From Tubiluchus corallicola (Eukaryota; Animalia; Priapulida), in NCBI GenBank assembly GCA_030141605.1, contig JAQGDQ010000594.1, forward strand, positions 62,001 through 126,000: a stretch of DNA of 64,000 nucleotides. The letters run 5' to 3'. This document shows, one piece after another, positions 50,321 to 64,000 of this stretch. A program made the translations under genes and the position numbers. The number at the start of each line of letters is the position of its first letter. Within the stretch, counting starts at the first letter, position 1. The notes beneath the pieces are model-generated. The model was not told the DNA's origin and did no database searches. It saw only the letters and a program-made list of their open reading frames with translations.

Positions 50321-52032
50321 CTCTACTACTCACCCAATTAACCGAACAATCGTTGTCTTCACGTCACCACGATCAGAAGTAAATCGTAAATTTCTCTCGG
50401 CACGAAAACTGCTCAAAATGGCTGTCAGCGTAGTTAAAATAATTAGAGATTTGGTCATTAGGGAGTCGCTTGTCTTTAGATTTAACGTGACAAATGTCGT
50501 TTGCGTGAGGTGAAATGACAATTAAAATCGAATTTAGATCGTCATCTTCGTATCAGCCTGGATACAGCGCGTGTCAATTTGCAAATGCTTATCAGAGAAG
50601 ACCAGCAGAATTATGATGTAGCTGATGCTGATGAGGAGGCTGCGAAAGGGCGTGGCCTCAACTTGGTTTCTTTCCAATAGTCACAAATATTTTGCTGGTC
50701 TATGAGAAAGTCCTTTCTTGTTTTGTTTTGATTGGTCGCCTTGGTCATTGTTTTTCTTGTTGTTGTTCGATTGGCTGGTTTATTATTTTGTTAGTTGTTT
50801 GTTTGTTTGTTGTTTGTTTGTTTGTTGTTTGCTTGTTTGGCTTGTTTGTTTTTTATTTGCTTTCATGTTCAACAGCAGTTAACGCCATATTTGCATTACA
50901 CTATAAAGAAACGAAAGAACTCGTTGATTTAGTACACATCTGTGAACTATTTCCATGTGAAAGAAGAAAAAAAAGATGATGAATAAGAACAAATAAGCAC
51001 AAAAATCACTAAAATACCATTTTTATTGGCAGTTTTCAAGTTTGGAAAAGACTACGTGGGGAAAAAGCACTACAAAATGTCGGGAAACAGGGAACAAAGC
51101 AAGCAAGCAAGTAAGCAAGTAGGCAACAAATCAACCAACAAGCCAGCCAACCAAGCAACCAACTACCAACAAACCGGCCAAGCTGAGGAAAAAAAGCACT
51201 GCAAAGTGTCATTCAGAGTGATTCTGCCTGTATACCTCTTGGGGGGTAGGTGTGTTACGCAGGTGTATTTACGTTACAGGCTGGCCGAAACACAGCTGCT
51301 GGTTCAGTAGCTCGTATTAGGAAGGTATCCTAGATAACGTGCTAAATACATGTCACAAACATGGACGTTAGTCAAGTCAAAACTTAGGCTTGCGTTATGC
51401 GTTTTGCCTGTTGTAACGCATTGTCCTTTTATTTCTTTAGTGTGAATTTTTAATTAAAGGAGAAGAAAACCGAATTTTAAAATATATATTGCTCCCAAAT
51501 GTATCCCAAAAATATATTTCTACATTGCTTACCATTGCGATTATCAGTTTGAAAGACTTACGGAATAGGAAAAGAAAATTTTTTAGTTTAAAATATTATT
51601 TAAAGACAGTTTAAAATCTTCGCCTAAAACGTCACTGTTTCACATCCTAATGTGGCTCACTGGTTAAGATTAAACGCATTATTAACCTTCCTGACGATGA
51701 AAAGTAATTTAAACTTTTCCTTAGTTAGTGAAGCGTTACAGAATGTTATGTAAACGTGTTTCAAACGACTTACCGTGAAAATGCTTGTAAATAACGGCCA
51801 TATTTGCAGGTTTTATATAGCGTTTGTGCTAACGCAAGCTCTGCACACAATAAGACATTATTAATTAATTATTAAAAATCTTTATTAAAAATGATACAAT
51901 AAGCCCTCTATTTGCAGGGCACATAAGTACAAAAATGTTAAATAAATCTTTACATTATGTACATTAAATAAATTTTTACTTTAAATTCTTCACAATAAGA
52001 CAGTCATTCGAAATTTCGAGATGAATTTTTAA

Positions 52033-52496
52033 AAGAAAGAACAAGTCACTCAGTATGTTGGGCTTATGTTACTGTTATCACTTAAACATAGAGGAATAAA
52101 CCAAAAAATTTGTAAGGAAGTGCCTATAAAGCACACATTTAAAATTTGCTATATACTACATTTGAATAGAATTTTCAGGTGTGGTGGTCGCCGCCGCCAT
52201 TCACTTGAAAGTCATGACATATCTGGGAGACTTCGTGACTTTTGTGCGTCATGACTTACCGTAAGCGCCGCGCTGCTTAAACCAATTCAAACTTTTGCAG
52301 TTTACCTAACGTTCACTCAAAATTGGAAGGAGAATGGGCGTTGAAAATGGGATCGTCCATGCATGAAGTGATCGCGACTTTAAAGTGATTTCACTAGTTA
52401 CACGAGGCGCTTATTGCAGTTTTATTGCAAAATCCCTCTAACACTTGTCGCGAACAATGAAGTAAGCCTAATCCCCTAGAAGGCTTGGCCTTTCGT
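52033..52496 (+). mobile_element. Family E, Kolobok-like element with TTAA TSD
   Basis: TTAA at 52029-52032 and 52497-52500; a paralogous empty site exists at 27680-27683. Confidence 0.75.
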
Positions 52497-53489
52497 TTAA
52501 ACATTATTTATTTAAGAGTGTTTTCTTGTCCTTTAAACAAACCTTGATTTTTCTTCTTTTCGTTTACTGCTGAGTGAGTACGGAGAACGACACTCAGCTT
52601 ATTGTCACTGATGTTTACCAGGCTCAACCGATCGATACCGTCTGTGTTAATCCATAAAAACGTCGTTAACTAAAGCGATTAAAGAATCTTGTTTCTTATA
52701 CTTGCAATGGGGGAACACTAGTCGCAACTTTTGACGAAACGGCTCTCTACTAAAGCAGTACGAACATTTAAGTCAGTTAGTCAGTCACTTAGTCAGTTAA
52801 GTCAGTCACTCAACCAGTCAGTTAGTCAGACTCCAACTGATTAAACTAAAAAATAATATAATAATTAGCACATTGGAAAATTAGTTTAAATATATGGGCT
52901 GACTAAGCCAATCAGTTAGTCACTTAGTCAGTCTAGTCAGTCACTCTATCGTTCAGTTGGTCAGACTTCAGCTGGTTAAACTAAGAAACAATAAACTCAC
53001 TAACAGATTGGAAAACTAGTTTAAAGATACCTTCAGGTTCAATGAACAATCATGTTTAGATATCATGTAAATATTACAGAACTGCAAGGGAGATGGCAGC
53101 GAGGAACTTTTTATTAAAGGGTGCTTTGGGTACGCGTAGTCGCATTGTACAGAATTTGCCAAAGATTCTTCAAGACCAATAAATAAGTAGGAAGATTTCC
53201 AAAGATAATGGGGCCAATGATATCAAAAAAGTTATAGGCTCAAAACTTCTAAAGGTAACAGAAGTAAAAACTTCCAAGCTAATTGGCCAAAGATTACCAC
53301 AAAATAATAGACCGAAAACTTTCAAAGGTCCCAAAAGCCCCAAATTTTAAAATTTTTCCAAAGGAACAGGTGCAAGGACAGTAGGTTCTAGATATAGTAG
53401 GCTCAAAGACGAGTAGTAGGCCTAAAGATTTTCTATCCTGTAATTGGCACAAAAGATTTTCCATTGTAACACCTCAAGGTTTTTATAAT

Positions 53490-53870
53490 TTATATGCCTA
53501 AAGATTTCCAAAAAATATCAGACCGAAAGATTTTCAAAAAATATTGAGCGCAATGATTTCCAAAAAGTATTAAGCCTAAAGATTTTCAAAAAAAATAGGC
53601 CTAAAGATTCTTAAAAAAATTAGGCCTAAAGATTTTAAAAAAACATTAGGCCTAAAGATTCTCAAAAAATATTAGGCCGACAAATTTTCAAAAAATATTA
53701 GACCGAAAGATTTCCAAAAAATTAGGCCTAAAGATTCTCAAAAAATATTAGGGCGAAAGATTTTCAAAAAAAATTAGGCCTAAAGATTCTCAAAAAAAAT
53801 CAGGCCTAAAGATTTTCAAAAAACAATAGGCGCAAAGCTTTTCAAAGATAATAGACCCAAAAGCTTTCAA
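53490..53870. repeat. Minisatellite (AGGCCTAAAGATTTTCAAAAAAATATT)n, unit about 26 bp
   Basis: Seen directly. Confidence 0.88.
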
Positions 53871-54617
53871 AGGAGATAGATCCAAAATACATTTCAGAGG
53901 AACAGAGCCAAAGACTGCAATGGTAATAATGGTAATGGCATAAACCCAGGGATTTCCATGTTTTCTAATGTGCAATTAGACCAAAAGATTTTCCAGTGTA
54001 ATAGGCTCATGGTTTTCTAAGCTATAGTCACACATGTTTCGAAAAAATAACAGGTCTAAAGATTTCCAAAGACAATAGGCCAAAAGCCCATTTGGGTAGT
54101 AGGCCCAAAAATTGCTACAGGTCATTGGCCCAAAAATGGTTTCTAGAGACTTTAGGACTACCAAATGTTTTTCCCAAACCTTTTCGACAAAACTTGCTAC
54201 CAGATTCTCACGGAATTACCAATATCAAATTCGTTTTTTACCAACTCGCTGCAGCACACATGTGTGGAAGAAGAGATGAAGAAATCTTTGCCTCAATATT
54301 TACTTAACCCGGGATAAACGCCGCATTTACGATAGAGCATAAACGTCTTATTAGACATATGTACACATACGTCGATACAGACTAACCCTTGTAAAGTGAA
54401 GGCGCAAATGTAAAGACATAAGAAGATCTTCAAGGAACGAAAATACCCTTCAAAAACTTTAATAACTCAACAGCTCTGTGTTTAAAGCATAAATGTCTGG
54501 GACACGTGGAATATTTTTGGGTATGGCGTTGGTTGAATGTTTTTCTTAACCCAAACGCGACCTTCCCAGAGTTAAAACGGCACAAACTTTGCAAGGCGGT
54601 TAGCAGCGGATGTCTCT

Positions 54618-54624
54618 TATAAAA
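54618..54624 (+). promoter_or_regulatory. Putative TATA box of the collagen gene
   Basis: TATAAAA about 70 bp upstream of an ATG in AAAATGG context. Confidence 0.35.
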
Positions 54625-54689
54625 TTCGGCGGCTTATTATTGTGTATGATAATTCAATCCCACTTCATCTTTAATCATTTTGGTAGAAA

Positions 54690-55073
54690 ATGGCGCATTT
54701 TGAAGCAGAGGAGCTCCTTCGAATTAGGAGACAGTTGACAATTCTCTGCACGTTTTGTGGATTATTTAGTTGTGTTACAATATTTTGCTTATATTGTGCT
54801 TATAGTGAAACTCGCCTGTTGAGACAAAAGTTACAAGAACATGGCGAAGAGACGCTTCGTCGCGCGTTAAACAATGACACCGAATTCATTGTTTTCGCGA
54901 GAAATGGCGAGAGTTTACGCGCAGTGCATAGCAACGATGTCGACAGCGTAAAAAAGATGGTAATCAATAAGAGAAGCATCAGGAATAAAAGGGGAGTCGA
55001 GGAGAGACCCACAGACGTTCTGATGCCAGATGAGGAGTGGATTTGGGTGCCTTCATGTCAAGACATGCCACCT
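54690..55073 (+). CDS. Type II transmembrane collagen, exon 1: short cytosolic tail, TM, coiled-coil-like stem, RNKR site
   Basis: RIRRQ followed by hydrophobic LTILCTFCGLFSCVTIFCLYCAY; KRSIRNKR; donor cct|gttagt, phase 0; splices in frame to downstream Gly-X-Y exons. Confidence 0.8.
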
Positions 55074-55791
55074 GTTAGTTTCATGCTTATGAAATTTAAA
55101 CAATGAAAATTATAATTTCATTCAATGAATGTCATATCAACGTTGTAAGTTTGTCAGAAAGATGTATATGAATTTTTAATATGAATAAGAGTATGAATAT
55201 GAACTTGAACGGAAACACGAACACGAACATGAACATTAACATGAAACATGAACACGAACGCGAACGTGAATATGAATACGATCATGATTATGGTTATAAT
55301 TATGAATATGAATACGAGTACTGACATGAATAGGTCGACATCCATTAAGTAGGCTTTTTTAAGAGACTCACTGGCTGCCTGACTGTCTGAACTAATAACG
55401 GACTAACTACTTATTAATTGACAAGCTCACGAACTGACTGAGTGACCGACAGACTTACTGGCCAACTAGTTGGCAAACTGGCTAACTGATTCACAGATTT
55501 ACTAGTTGACTAACTTCCGTCAGATGGATGAATGGATGGATGTACGGACAGGTAAACTGACTGATTGACAACTCACTAATTGACTGATTGAATGATTGAC
55601 TGAGTGACTAACTGATTAACTTAATTTATTTATTGATTAACGGAGCAATGCCTGATCAATAAATTGACGGACTGAACAACAAACTACTGATCAGCGAATC
55701 AAAAATTCTAATGAATTCATTGTCTAAATAAGGGTGGTCGGGTTGATTCCATACCTGATTTAAATTGTCAGATTAATATAACATTTTTCAG

Positions 55792-55848
55792 TGCCATCCG
55801 CCAGACGTCATCAATGTCGTGGAAGTACCGGAACCTTGTTTTGAGAAG
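55792..55848 (+). CDS. Collagen exon 2 (CHPPDVINVVEVPEPCFEK)
   Basis: ttttcag|57 nt|gttagt, phase 0/0, open frame. Confidence 0.65.
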
Positions 55849-56219
55849 GTTAGTGACGTCAAAGCACGTTGTTTTTATTTAGTGAAGAAATTTGCGAACA
55901 CGCCGCATGCATTAGCGTTGAAGCTTGACAAAGCGTGGCGTCAAAACAGGGTATCAGCTAGCGTTCGTCCACAAGAGGTTTTCTCAAAAAGTAATTGCTC
56001 AAACAAATGCTGTTGAATGTAAAAGTAGATGCTGCTATTCCAAGAGAATTTCAATAATTTAGAAACAACCAGTGCACAACTTCATTGTTCTCAGTTAGAT
56101 AAAGCTCTAGTTAAATTTGCCAGAGACGGTTTTAGTTATTAGTTTATAAAGGGATGTAAATGGTTAAATGCATAATACAATATAAATTTTAGCTCTTGCA
56201 CACACACACACACACATAT

Positions 56220-56361
<142 letters not shown>

Positions 56362-56980
56362 ATTTATATATACATATGTATAACTCAGGCAAAATTTATC
56401 CTGGTTTTATTGTGAATTTTAGCAAAACTCATTGTTCTTACATACTTGCAAGTAAAGCGTGCATGTAGAAAAGTTTGTCATTTTTAATACTTTCCTAATA
56501 GTGTAATCTAAATAATCCCAGTGAATGAATTCTGTTACTATGAACCTTAATTATTATAAATAATTGCTAAAACGTTTTATAAGCAAGTTTGTGGTACATG
56601 TATTAAGGACATATTTTTGACCGTGTTGTATATATACTCTTACATCATGATACAGTGCAGAATTATCAACCTGCAAATAGAGGCATTGAATGTATATATT
56701 TGTATATATATATATAAAGAATGATGAAAGATTTATCATTTTCTTCATCATCATCCCAATTTATTTCATCTTTTGCATGTTCCATTTTTATGTCTCCTCA
56801 TCCACACAGCTTTACTATTTGTAATTTACAGTCTTACCTGTTCTGTATCTGTTCCTGTTGTTGGCTAAATAAACAAATCTTGAATCTTGTTCATCATCTA
56901 ATTTCGTTCTTTAGTGCTTGTATGTTTGCTTCTTCTTCACAAACATTTTTCCTTTTGAATAATCTTTTTTTATTTTGCAG

Positions 56981-57044
56981 ATAATGAGGCTGCAAGCTCT
57001 GTGTGACAAACCATCAGAGGAGCTGTGCTTTACAGGACCAAAAG
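56981..57044 (+). CDS. Collagen exon 3 (IMRLQALCDKPSEELCFTGPKG)
   Basis: ttttgcag|...|gtgaat, phase 0/1; Cys pair immediately before the first Gly-X-Y. Confidence 0.8.
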
Positions 57045-57299
57045 GTGAATTTTGATAAATTATCAAACAATATCAACAACGTCATCACTTTTCGAATCAT
57101 ATCAGTGTCATCAATTGCACCAGTGTTAACAAAATCATTCATGTTGTTAATATCGCAAGTATCAGCAATATTATCAACATTAGCAATATCATCAGTATTT
57201 ACAATATCAGCAAAGTCTTGCATAATTACACCACTCTGAATTACAGCAGCAGAATAATTATAATAAATAAGAAAACAAACATATATTGCATGACGAAAA

Positions 57300-57800
57300 G
57301 AAAAGAAGGGAAGAAAGGAAATGAAAGAAGGAAAGAAAGAGAAAGGAAATGAAAGAAAGAAAAGTAAAAGAAAAGAAAAGGATAGACAAGATAAGATAAG
57401 ACAAGAAAATATAAGATAAGATGAGATGAGATGAGATGAGATGAATGAGACGAAATGAGATAAGATGAGATGAGATGAGAAGAGAAGAGAAGAGAAGAGA
57501 AGAGACGAGACGAGACGAGACGAGACGAGACGAGACGAGACGAGACGAGACGAGACGAGACGAGACGAGACGAGATGAGAAGAGAAGAGAAGAGAAGAGA
57601 AGAGACGAGACGAGACGAGACGAGACGAGAAGAGAAGAGAAGAGAAGAGAAGAGAAGAGATGAGATGAGATGAGATGAGATAAGATAAATAAGAAAAGAA
57701 AAGAAATGAAAAGATAAGTAAAAATAAACAAAAAATTAAAAGAGAAAAGAAAAATAAAGTAGGACGAAAAGAAGAGAAGGAAAAGAAAGGAAATGGAAGA
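57300..57800. repeat. Purine-rich compound pentamer microsatellite (GATAA/GATGA/GAAGA/GACGA)
   Basis: Seen directly. Confidence 0.93.
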
Positions 57801-58160
57801 AGAAGTGAAAAGAAAGCAGCAAAATAAAGCAGTAATTTCACCACTTGATAGGTATTTTTCTACATTATACCAACTTTCAACTATTTAAGTGTAAAATAAA
57901 CAAAAGTAGCTTTGAAATTAAAAAATCATTTCCTCGACATTCTATTTCCTACCCCATTTCCACTTTTACCCAAACGTAAATGCATGACTACCTGCTTGCT
58001 TGCATATTTGCATGTCCAGCCGCTAAGATCCTCTGCCTACTTTGCGAGCAACTTACTTAAATCTTGTCACTTTGCATGCTTGCCGGCTGGTTTGCCTGGC
58101 AGCTTGTTTACATGCATATTTACTCTGATGGTCTTCTAATTACGTGTTTTATTGCTACAG

Positions 58161-58196
58161 GTGTTAAAGGTGACCCTGGACTTCCAGGATTAACAG
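58161..58196 (+). CDS. Collagen Gly-X-Y exon, 36 bp (GVKGDPGLPGLT)
   Basis: tacag|...|gtaaag, phase 1/1. Confidence 0.9.
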
Positions 58197-59255
58197 GTAA
58201 AGCGAATTTTGCTAAATCTATGAACTATGAACTATGAACTATGAATTTTATTCCACACATCAAAATACAATATTGTACACATAAATAAACAATAAATAAA
58301 ATGATTTGAGTAGTGTGAGGTGAGTGTACGACCATACGGTCATTAACACACTCACCTTACTTAAATGGAAATGAAAAAATTATTAAAATTATGCGTGCTT
58401 TTGTAGATGACTCAATGAAATTGATGTAATAAAGTAAATGATGTAATAATAGCAAGGAAACATAAGGACAACATAATATGGAATTACGATTTTGATATGA
58501 ATTTTGAAATAATTCTGAAATAAAGTAAATGATGTAATAATAGCAAGGAAACATAAGAAAAACATAATATGTAATTACGATTTTGATATAGGCTGCGATG
58601 AATGAATAAATTCATTTAAATTGATTTATACCTTTTACTAAAATCACTCAGAGACTGTAGAATTACTCAATATAGCATGAATTGTAGCATGTACAAATAC
58701 GTGGTTGGTTACTGCTCACCGTCACTAGTTAAAAGTAGCATATTTTTGAGTGCTACAATTGGACTCGCACCGTGACTTGTTAGAAGCATAAAATAATTTA
58801 TTAACTGCAGCTTTCGACATAATACACTGAAAATTTCGATGTATTAGTGGGTATTGTAAGTGTTATTAGTGTGCCTCTTTATAGGTCGATTAACTCTTCC
58901 CATCCCCTCGGTGTCTATCTCCCACCCACGCAGCAGAAGACGCACACTTTTAATTCTATGGTCTTTCGATACCTGAGTCTGAAATTGAGCATTTTAGATT
59001 ACGTCCATGTATGATCTAGCGTAGCCAAATTACATAGCGGCGTAATAATATCTCCTCCTGTCTTTGAACCAATCTACCGTCTATTATACATCAGCTATTG
59101 TAGTAATGATAGTTTCTTAATGCTGCCAGTATTAAGTATAGCTTTCAGAAAGCGTTTAAGTAAAAGCGCCAGCTGTAATATGATTCTTTAATTACAGTTC
59201 TCCGCAAGGTCTGTTCTTCACAGCCTGAGTTAATTATAACAGTGTTATAGCTGTA

Positions 59256-59297
<42 letters not shown>

Positions 59298-59301
<4 letters not shown>

Positions 59302-59735
59302 GATTTGATTTGATTTAATTCTTTATTTCAAACATAAGTTCATATTATAATTTACATATATACAACATACAACATCATAAAAACAAAAAACCAATACAAA
59401 CAAATCACATACAAACTTAGATAAACATGAAAATTACAATAATAGTCTCCACCATTGCTGTCTTATGTGCGATGTAAATTTAGCATCGCTTACTAAAATT
59501 TTCTGGCACATTAAATTATCACTAGTGTCAAATCTTTTCATTAAACTTAACACAGATTTTCTACGTAATACATCAAAATACATCACGTGAATTTCAACAC
59601 TCATCTCACGAGCACTGTAATCATATGCATATCCGAAAAATAATCTTTTTGACACATTGTGCGCAATTTTGAGTTTTAAGATATTACCATTATTAAAATG
59701 TCTCCAAGTAGACATGCAATAGAATGTATTACAGT
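59298..59735 (-). mobile_element. LINE 3' fragment inside a (GA)n tract; related copy on + at about 63330-63845
   Basis: YC..MSTWRHF..N..KLK..NVS.R.F in both copies; both end GTTTGAAATAAA..ATTAAATC. Confidence 0.7.
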
Positions 59736-59737
59736 AA

Positions 59738-60256
<519 letters not shown>

Positions 60257-60276
60257 ACTATATTGCATTTTTACAG

Positions 60277-60357
60277 GTATGAAAGGTGATATGGGTGACA
60301 TAGGTTTACCTGGTATTGATGGAGTGCCAGGCGTTGATGGAATCAGAGGCTTGAAAG
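60277..60357 (+). CDS. Collagen Gly-X-Y exon, 81 bp (GMKGDMGDIGLPGIDGVPGVDGIRGLK)
   Basis: ttacag|...|gtaaca, phase 1/1. Confidence 0.93.
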
Positions 60358-60510
60358 GTAACAATTAGTTAAACATCAAAATTGATTAACTAATCATCAA
60401 ACAAAATAATTAATTAACTTTTCCGAGCCAATTTGGTTTTGTTCCCAAACTTTCGATTAAAACAGCTTTTTCAGAAATTTCATTACTGTGGCATTTTTCT
60501 AAAGCAGTTT

Positions 60511-60899
60511 AATAAACCTTTTCCCTTTTGTGCACACGCACTTGCTGTAGATCAAGGAGTAAGTGTACCATAGTAACGCGTCTTAACTTTAACCATCACG
60601 TGACATGTGGGTAAAACAAAGCCGTCTGTCGCATCCTTTCAACAACTTCAGCTCATTTTACATGGACTTTACTTAATTATGCATTAGTCTGTGTGTAGAA
60701 TGATTTACTAGCAGGATTTTGCTTTGAAACAAGAAAAAATGAACTAAGTAAGGTTCTAGCTAGCTGTTAAAACTGTTAATATTACAATAGCGTGGGCTGA
60801 GAGGCGTTGTCAAGTGTACAAAAATGCGTTGCCTGGTACACTTAACCTTTGACCTTTTCACGATCATCACCAATAGCTGGAACTGTGAAAAGGCTCATT
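60511..60899 (+). mobile_element. MITE family A copy
   Basis: AATAAACCTTTTC ... AACTGTGAAAAGGCTCATT; colinear with the 20224 copy. Confidence 0.85.
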
Positions 60900-60970
60900 G
60901 TAATGGACTGAACTGCTTATTACCGCTATCCTTTCAGTAAAAAGTATCAATTTCCAGTTTACTTACTTAG

Positions 60971-61042
60971 GGGAACAAGGGGAGAAGGGGAACAAGGGTT
61001 CATCAGGAGTTCGAGGAATGACTGGAGCACGGGGGATTAAAG
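60971..61042 (+). CDS. Collagen Gly-X-Y exon, 72 bp (GEQGEKGNKGSSGVRGMTGARGIK)
   Basis: cttag|...|gtaggc, phase 1/1. Confidence 0.92.
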
Positions 61043-62166
61043 GTAGGCGTTTATGTAATTTATTCTTTTTTTCGAAACATTGTCTGGAAAAGTTGGATCA
61101 AACTCTGCATAGTTAACTGTATAACAGGGCGCAGTGAAAAAAAAACTTTTCACCAATTTTTTTGAAACTCCACCCACTAAGGAGGCTTGTGAAAAGATTC
61201 CCACCTGGACATTTTTAGCTTCATTGGATATTGGGATCACGTGTCTCGGCTCATGTTAGCTTGTTCACATACTTGGAGTATTATAGTGACACATGTCACA
61301 AAAAATGAACAGTTTTTGGACAATTGCTTTAAAACTTTATGCTCATCTGAAGGGTTCACGAGAAATGTTCTCATGGAAAATTTCAGCTTTCTTCAATGTT
61401 GGGAACATGTGTCTCCACATTGTGGCAGATGGGTACACTTATATATATATATAATAGGGTCAATATAATGAAAAAGTCCTGCCTCTAAGAAATTGCAAGG
61501 AAACGTTTTTTGGTGTTTTCTTGTAGTATTTGGTCCAGAAAAAAAACATATCCAGAATAGACGAAATTGAAGCGTCTGAAAGGACGTAACTATGACGTAA
61601 AAAAGATGGCCGCCATTTGACCAAAATAAAGGGGTATTTAGCTTTTCAGGCGGTGAAAAATTCAGATTTTCGTTCAAAAGCATGAAACTTTGCACAGTGC
61701 TGGAGAGCTCATTAAGGTTATTAATTTTAAGATGATTACAGTGTATAATCTAGCTTTCGTAACACACTGCAAACAGTTATGAAACCGGGGTTATTTCAAG
61801 ATTGTACGCAGTAAGGAAGTCTGGGATTTCTGCTGAAGGGTCCAGATTTCTTTTATTTCGATCGGCTGTGCTTCCAGTGGCAATAATATTTTAAGACAGT
61901 CTGCAGTTAGTTTGTGACCTAAGAGATAGCTGTGCTCGGTTGTCATTAATTAAACTTTGTAAGGTAATTATTCGAATATTGAAGACAATTGCTAACTTTT
62001 GTAAGCAAGCAAATATACATTTTGGACAATAAATTGAATTGAGATTGAGTCTAATTAGTCGTCTGGCTTTCTTTTAAAGCCTGTGTGTGTTTGTTTGTGC
62101 ATTTCAGCCGATAATTTTAATGTCTTACAAGATTTTTTTCGACAATTTGCAGCTTAATTTTTATAG

Positions 62167-62211
62167 GAATAAAGGGAAGTAAAGGAGAACACGGTATTAC
62201 TGGTGCTAAAG
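62167..62211 (+). CDS. Collagen Gly-X-Y exon, 45 bp (GIKGSKGEHGITGAK)
   Basis: ttatag|...|gtagga, phase 1/1. Confidence 0.9.
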
Positions 62212-62299
62212 GTAGGATGATAATGACAAAATTCCTTAAAATTATATTTTTCCACTAGATTAATTAATTTGTGAAATGGGAAAATTGATTATTGAAAAT

Positions 62300-62770
<471 letters not shown>

Positions 62771-63086
62771 AATTACAGTTGCAGGCCCATCAGTATAAAT
62801 TCAATACAAATTAAATGCTATGATGACAGACCACACAGCCACTTTCGATAAGAAATAACATGAGCCGGTCTGGTACAAATCCAAGTTCAGTCAATACTTT
62901 TACATTATTCCTCACTTTTGGTATACTTTAGTTTAAAAAATTCTAATGATTTCGGTTTCAATATATGATTGTCCAATGTTCTTAAAAGTAAGACGAAAAT
63001 AAAAATAAACAGCATTTTGTTGATTGATATTTATATAAAAACTTTTAGTGCTGTGACTAATTGATAATATAGAGAAATATTTGCAG

Positions 63087-63122
63087 GTGATATGGGAGTA
63101 CAAGGGCTTCAAGGTTCACCAG
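63087..63122 (+). CDS. Collagen Gly-X-Y exon, 36 bp (GDMGVQGLQGSP); gene continues beyond the window
   Basis: ttgcag|...|gtaaat, phase 1/1; no stop reached. Confidence 0.88.
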
Positions 63123-63329
63123 GTAAATGAAACAATTTGTTTGTTGATTTGTTTCTTTTTATGTATTAAAATTACCCATTTTTAACTTATTATTTTTTTA
63201 TTTATTTTAAAATTTACTTGACTGTTACTTTTTTGGTTTATTGCTTGTAGGTTGGTTTAATTCAGCTCAAACGTAGCTTTACTGAATAACAGATTGCAAT
63301 ATGGCTTGAACAGACAGTTTCACAACTGA

Positions 63330-63845
63330 TAGATGTTCTTGCCAATGCAACGTAACAATTACAAGATTGTAGACAATAAACGAACAGTACTTCACAGTAC
63401 AGTGCAGTACAAACAAAGCATTACAGTATTCTGTTCAGTTAACGTGAAGAGACAATTGTTTAATGCTTACTGCACTACTTTTTATTGTATGTCCACTTGG
63501 AGACATTTTTATTCTGACAATCTTAGCAAACTCAAGGTTTTATATAATGTATCAACACGGAAGCTGTTTAACTTTTCATATATCTTGTTTATTTTGATGT
63601 GATTCACAGAAAATGTGCCTACAGTTTATACGTCACGCTGAATAAGAGTGAAAATTTTATATGCAAGAACATTTTCAACAGTGATATAAACTTTACTTCT
63701 GTAATTAGACGTCATTGGCGTAGGCAGTTATATCGTTAATTGTTATTTGTGTTACTGTTGTGTGTCATGATTCTTTGTATTATTTGTATTAATTTGTGAT
63801 GTGTATATGAACTTTGTAAAGTTTGAAATAAAATATTAAATCTAA
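63330..63845 (+). mobile_element. Degraded LINE 3' fragment
   Basis: FCSVNVKRQLFNAYCTTFYCMSTWRHF..LSKLKVLYN; AATAAA near the end. Confidence 0.65.
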
Positions 63846-64000
63846 AAAAAATTATGACTACTAACAGTATAATGCTTCTACTGTTCGGTTATTGCAACTC
63901 GTTCCATTGGCAAGGCTATCTATCAGTTGTAAAACTGTCTGTTCAAGCCATATTGTAATTTGTTATTCAACAAAACTGCTTTAAAACTAAACTAAACCAA

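Overview
AT-rich, microsatellite-dense eukaryotic DNA from an invertebrate, probably an arthropod (inferred from the receptor type). Three intron-containing genes can be assembled from GT-AG junctions with consistent reading phases. (1) On +, 8 exons (1836-12599) of a divergent subtilisin/kexin-type proprotein convertase. The D/H/N/S catalytic set and P domain are intact, there is no TM or Cys-rich domain, the protein ends in SNEL, and its 5' exons are not in the window. (2) On -, a complete 3-coding-exon GnRH-superfamily GPCR (ACP/AKH-receptor-like, about 466 aa, 48012-18007) with a 24.7 kb intron. (3) On +, the first 8 exons (54690-63122) of a type II transmembrane collagen with an RNKR furin-type site, continuing past the window. 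Introns are filled with MITEs (piggyBac-, Kolobok-, Harbinger-, hAT-like and a 6-copy AATAAGCC-ended family), tRNA-derived SINEs, LINE 3' ends, a Tc1/mariner remnant, foldback hairpins and mini/microsatellites. Most ORF-track entries are repeat artefacts. There is no evidence of prokaryotic systems or CRISPR. Family assignments rest on remembered motifs, not on database searches.
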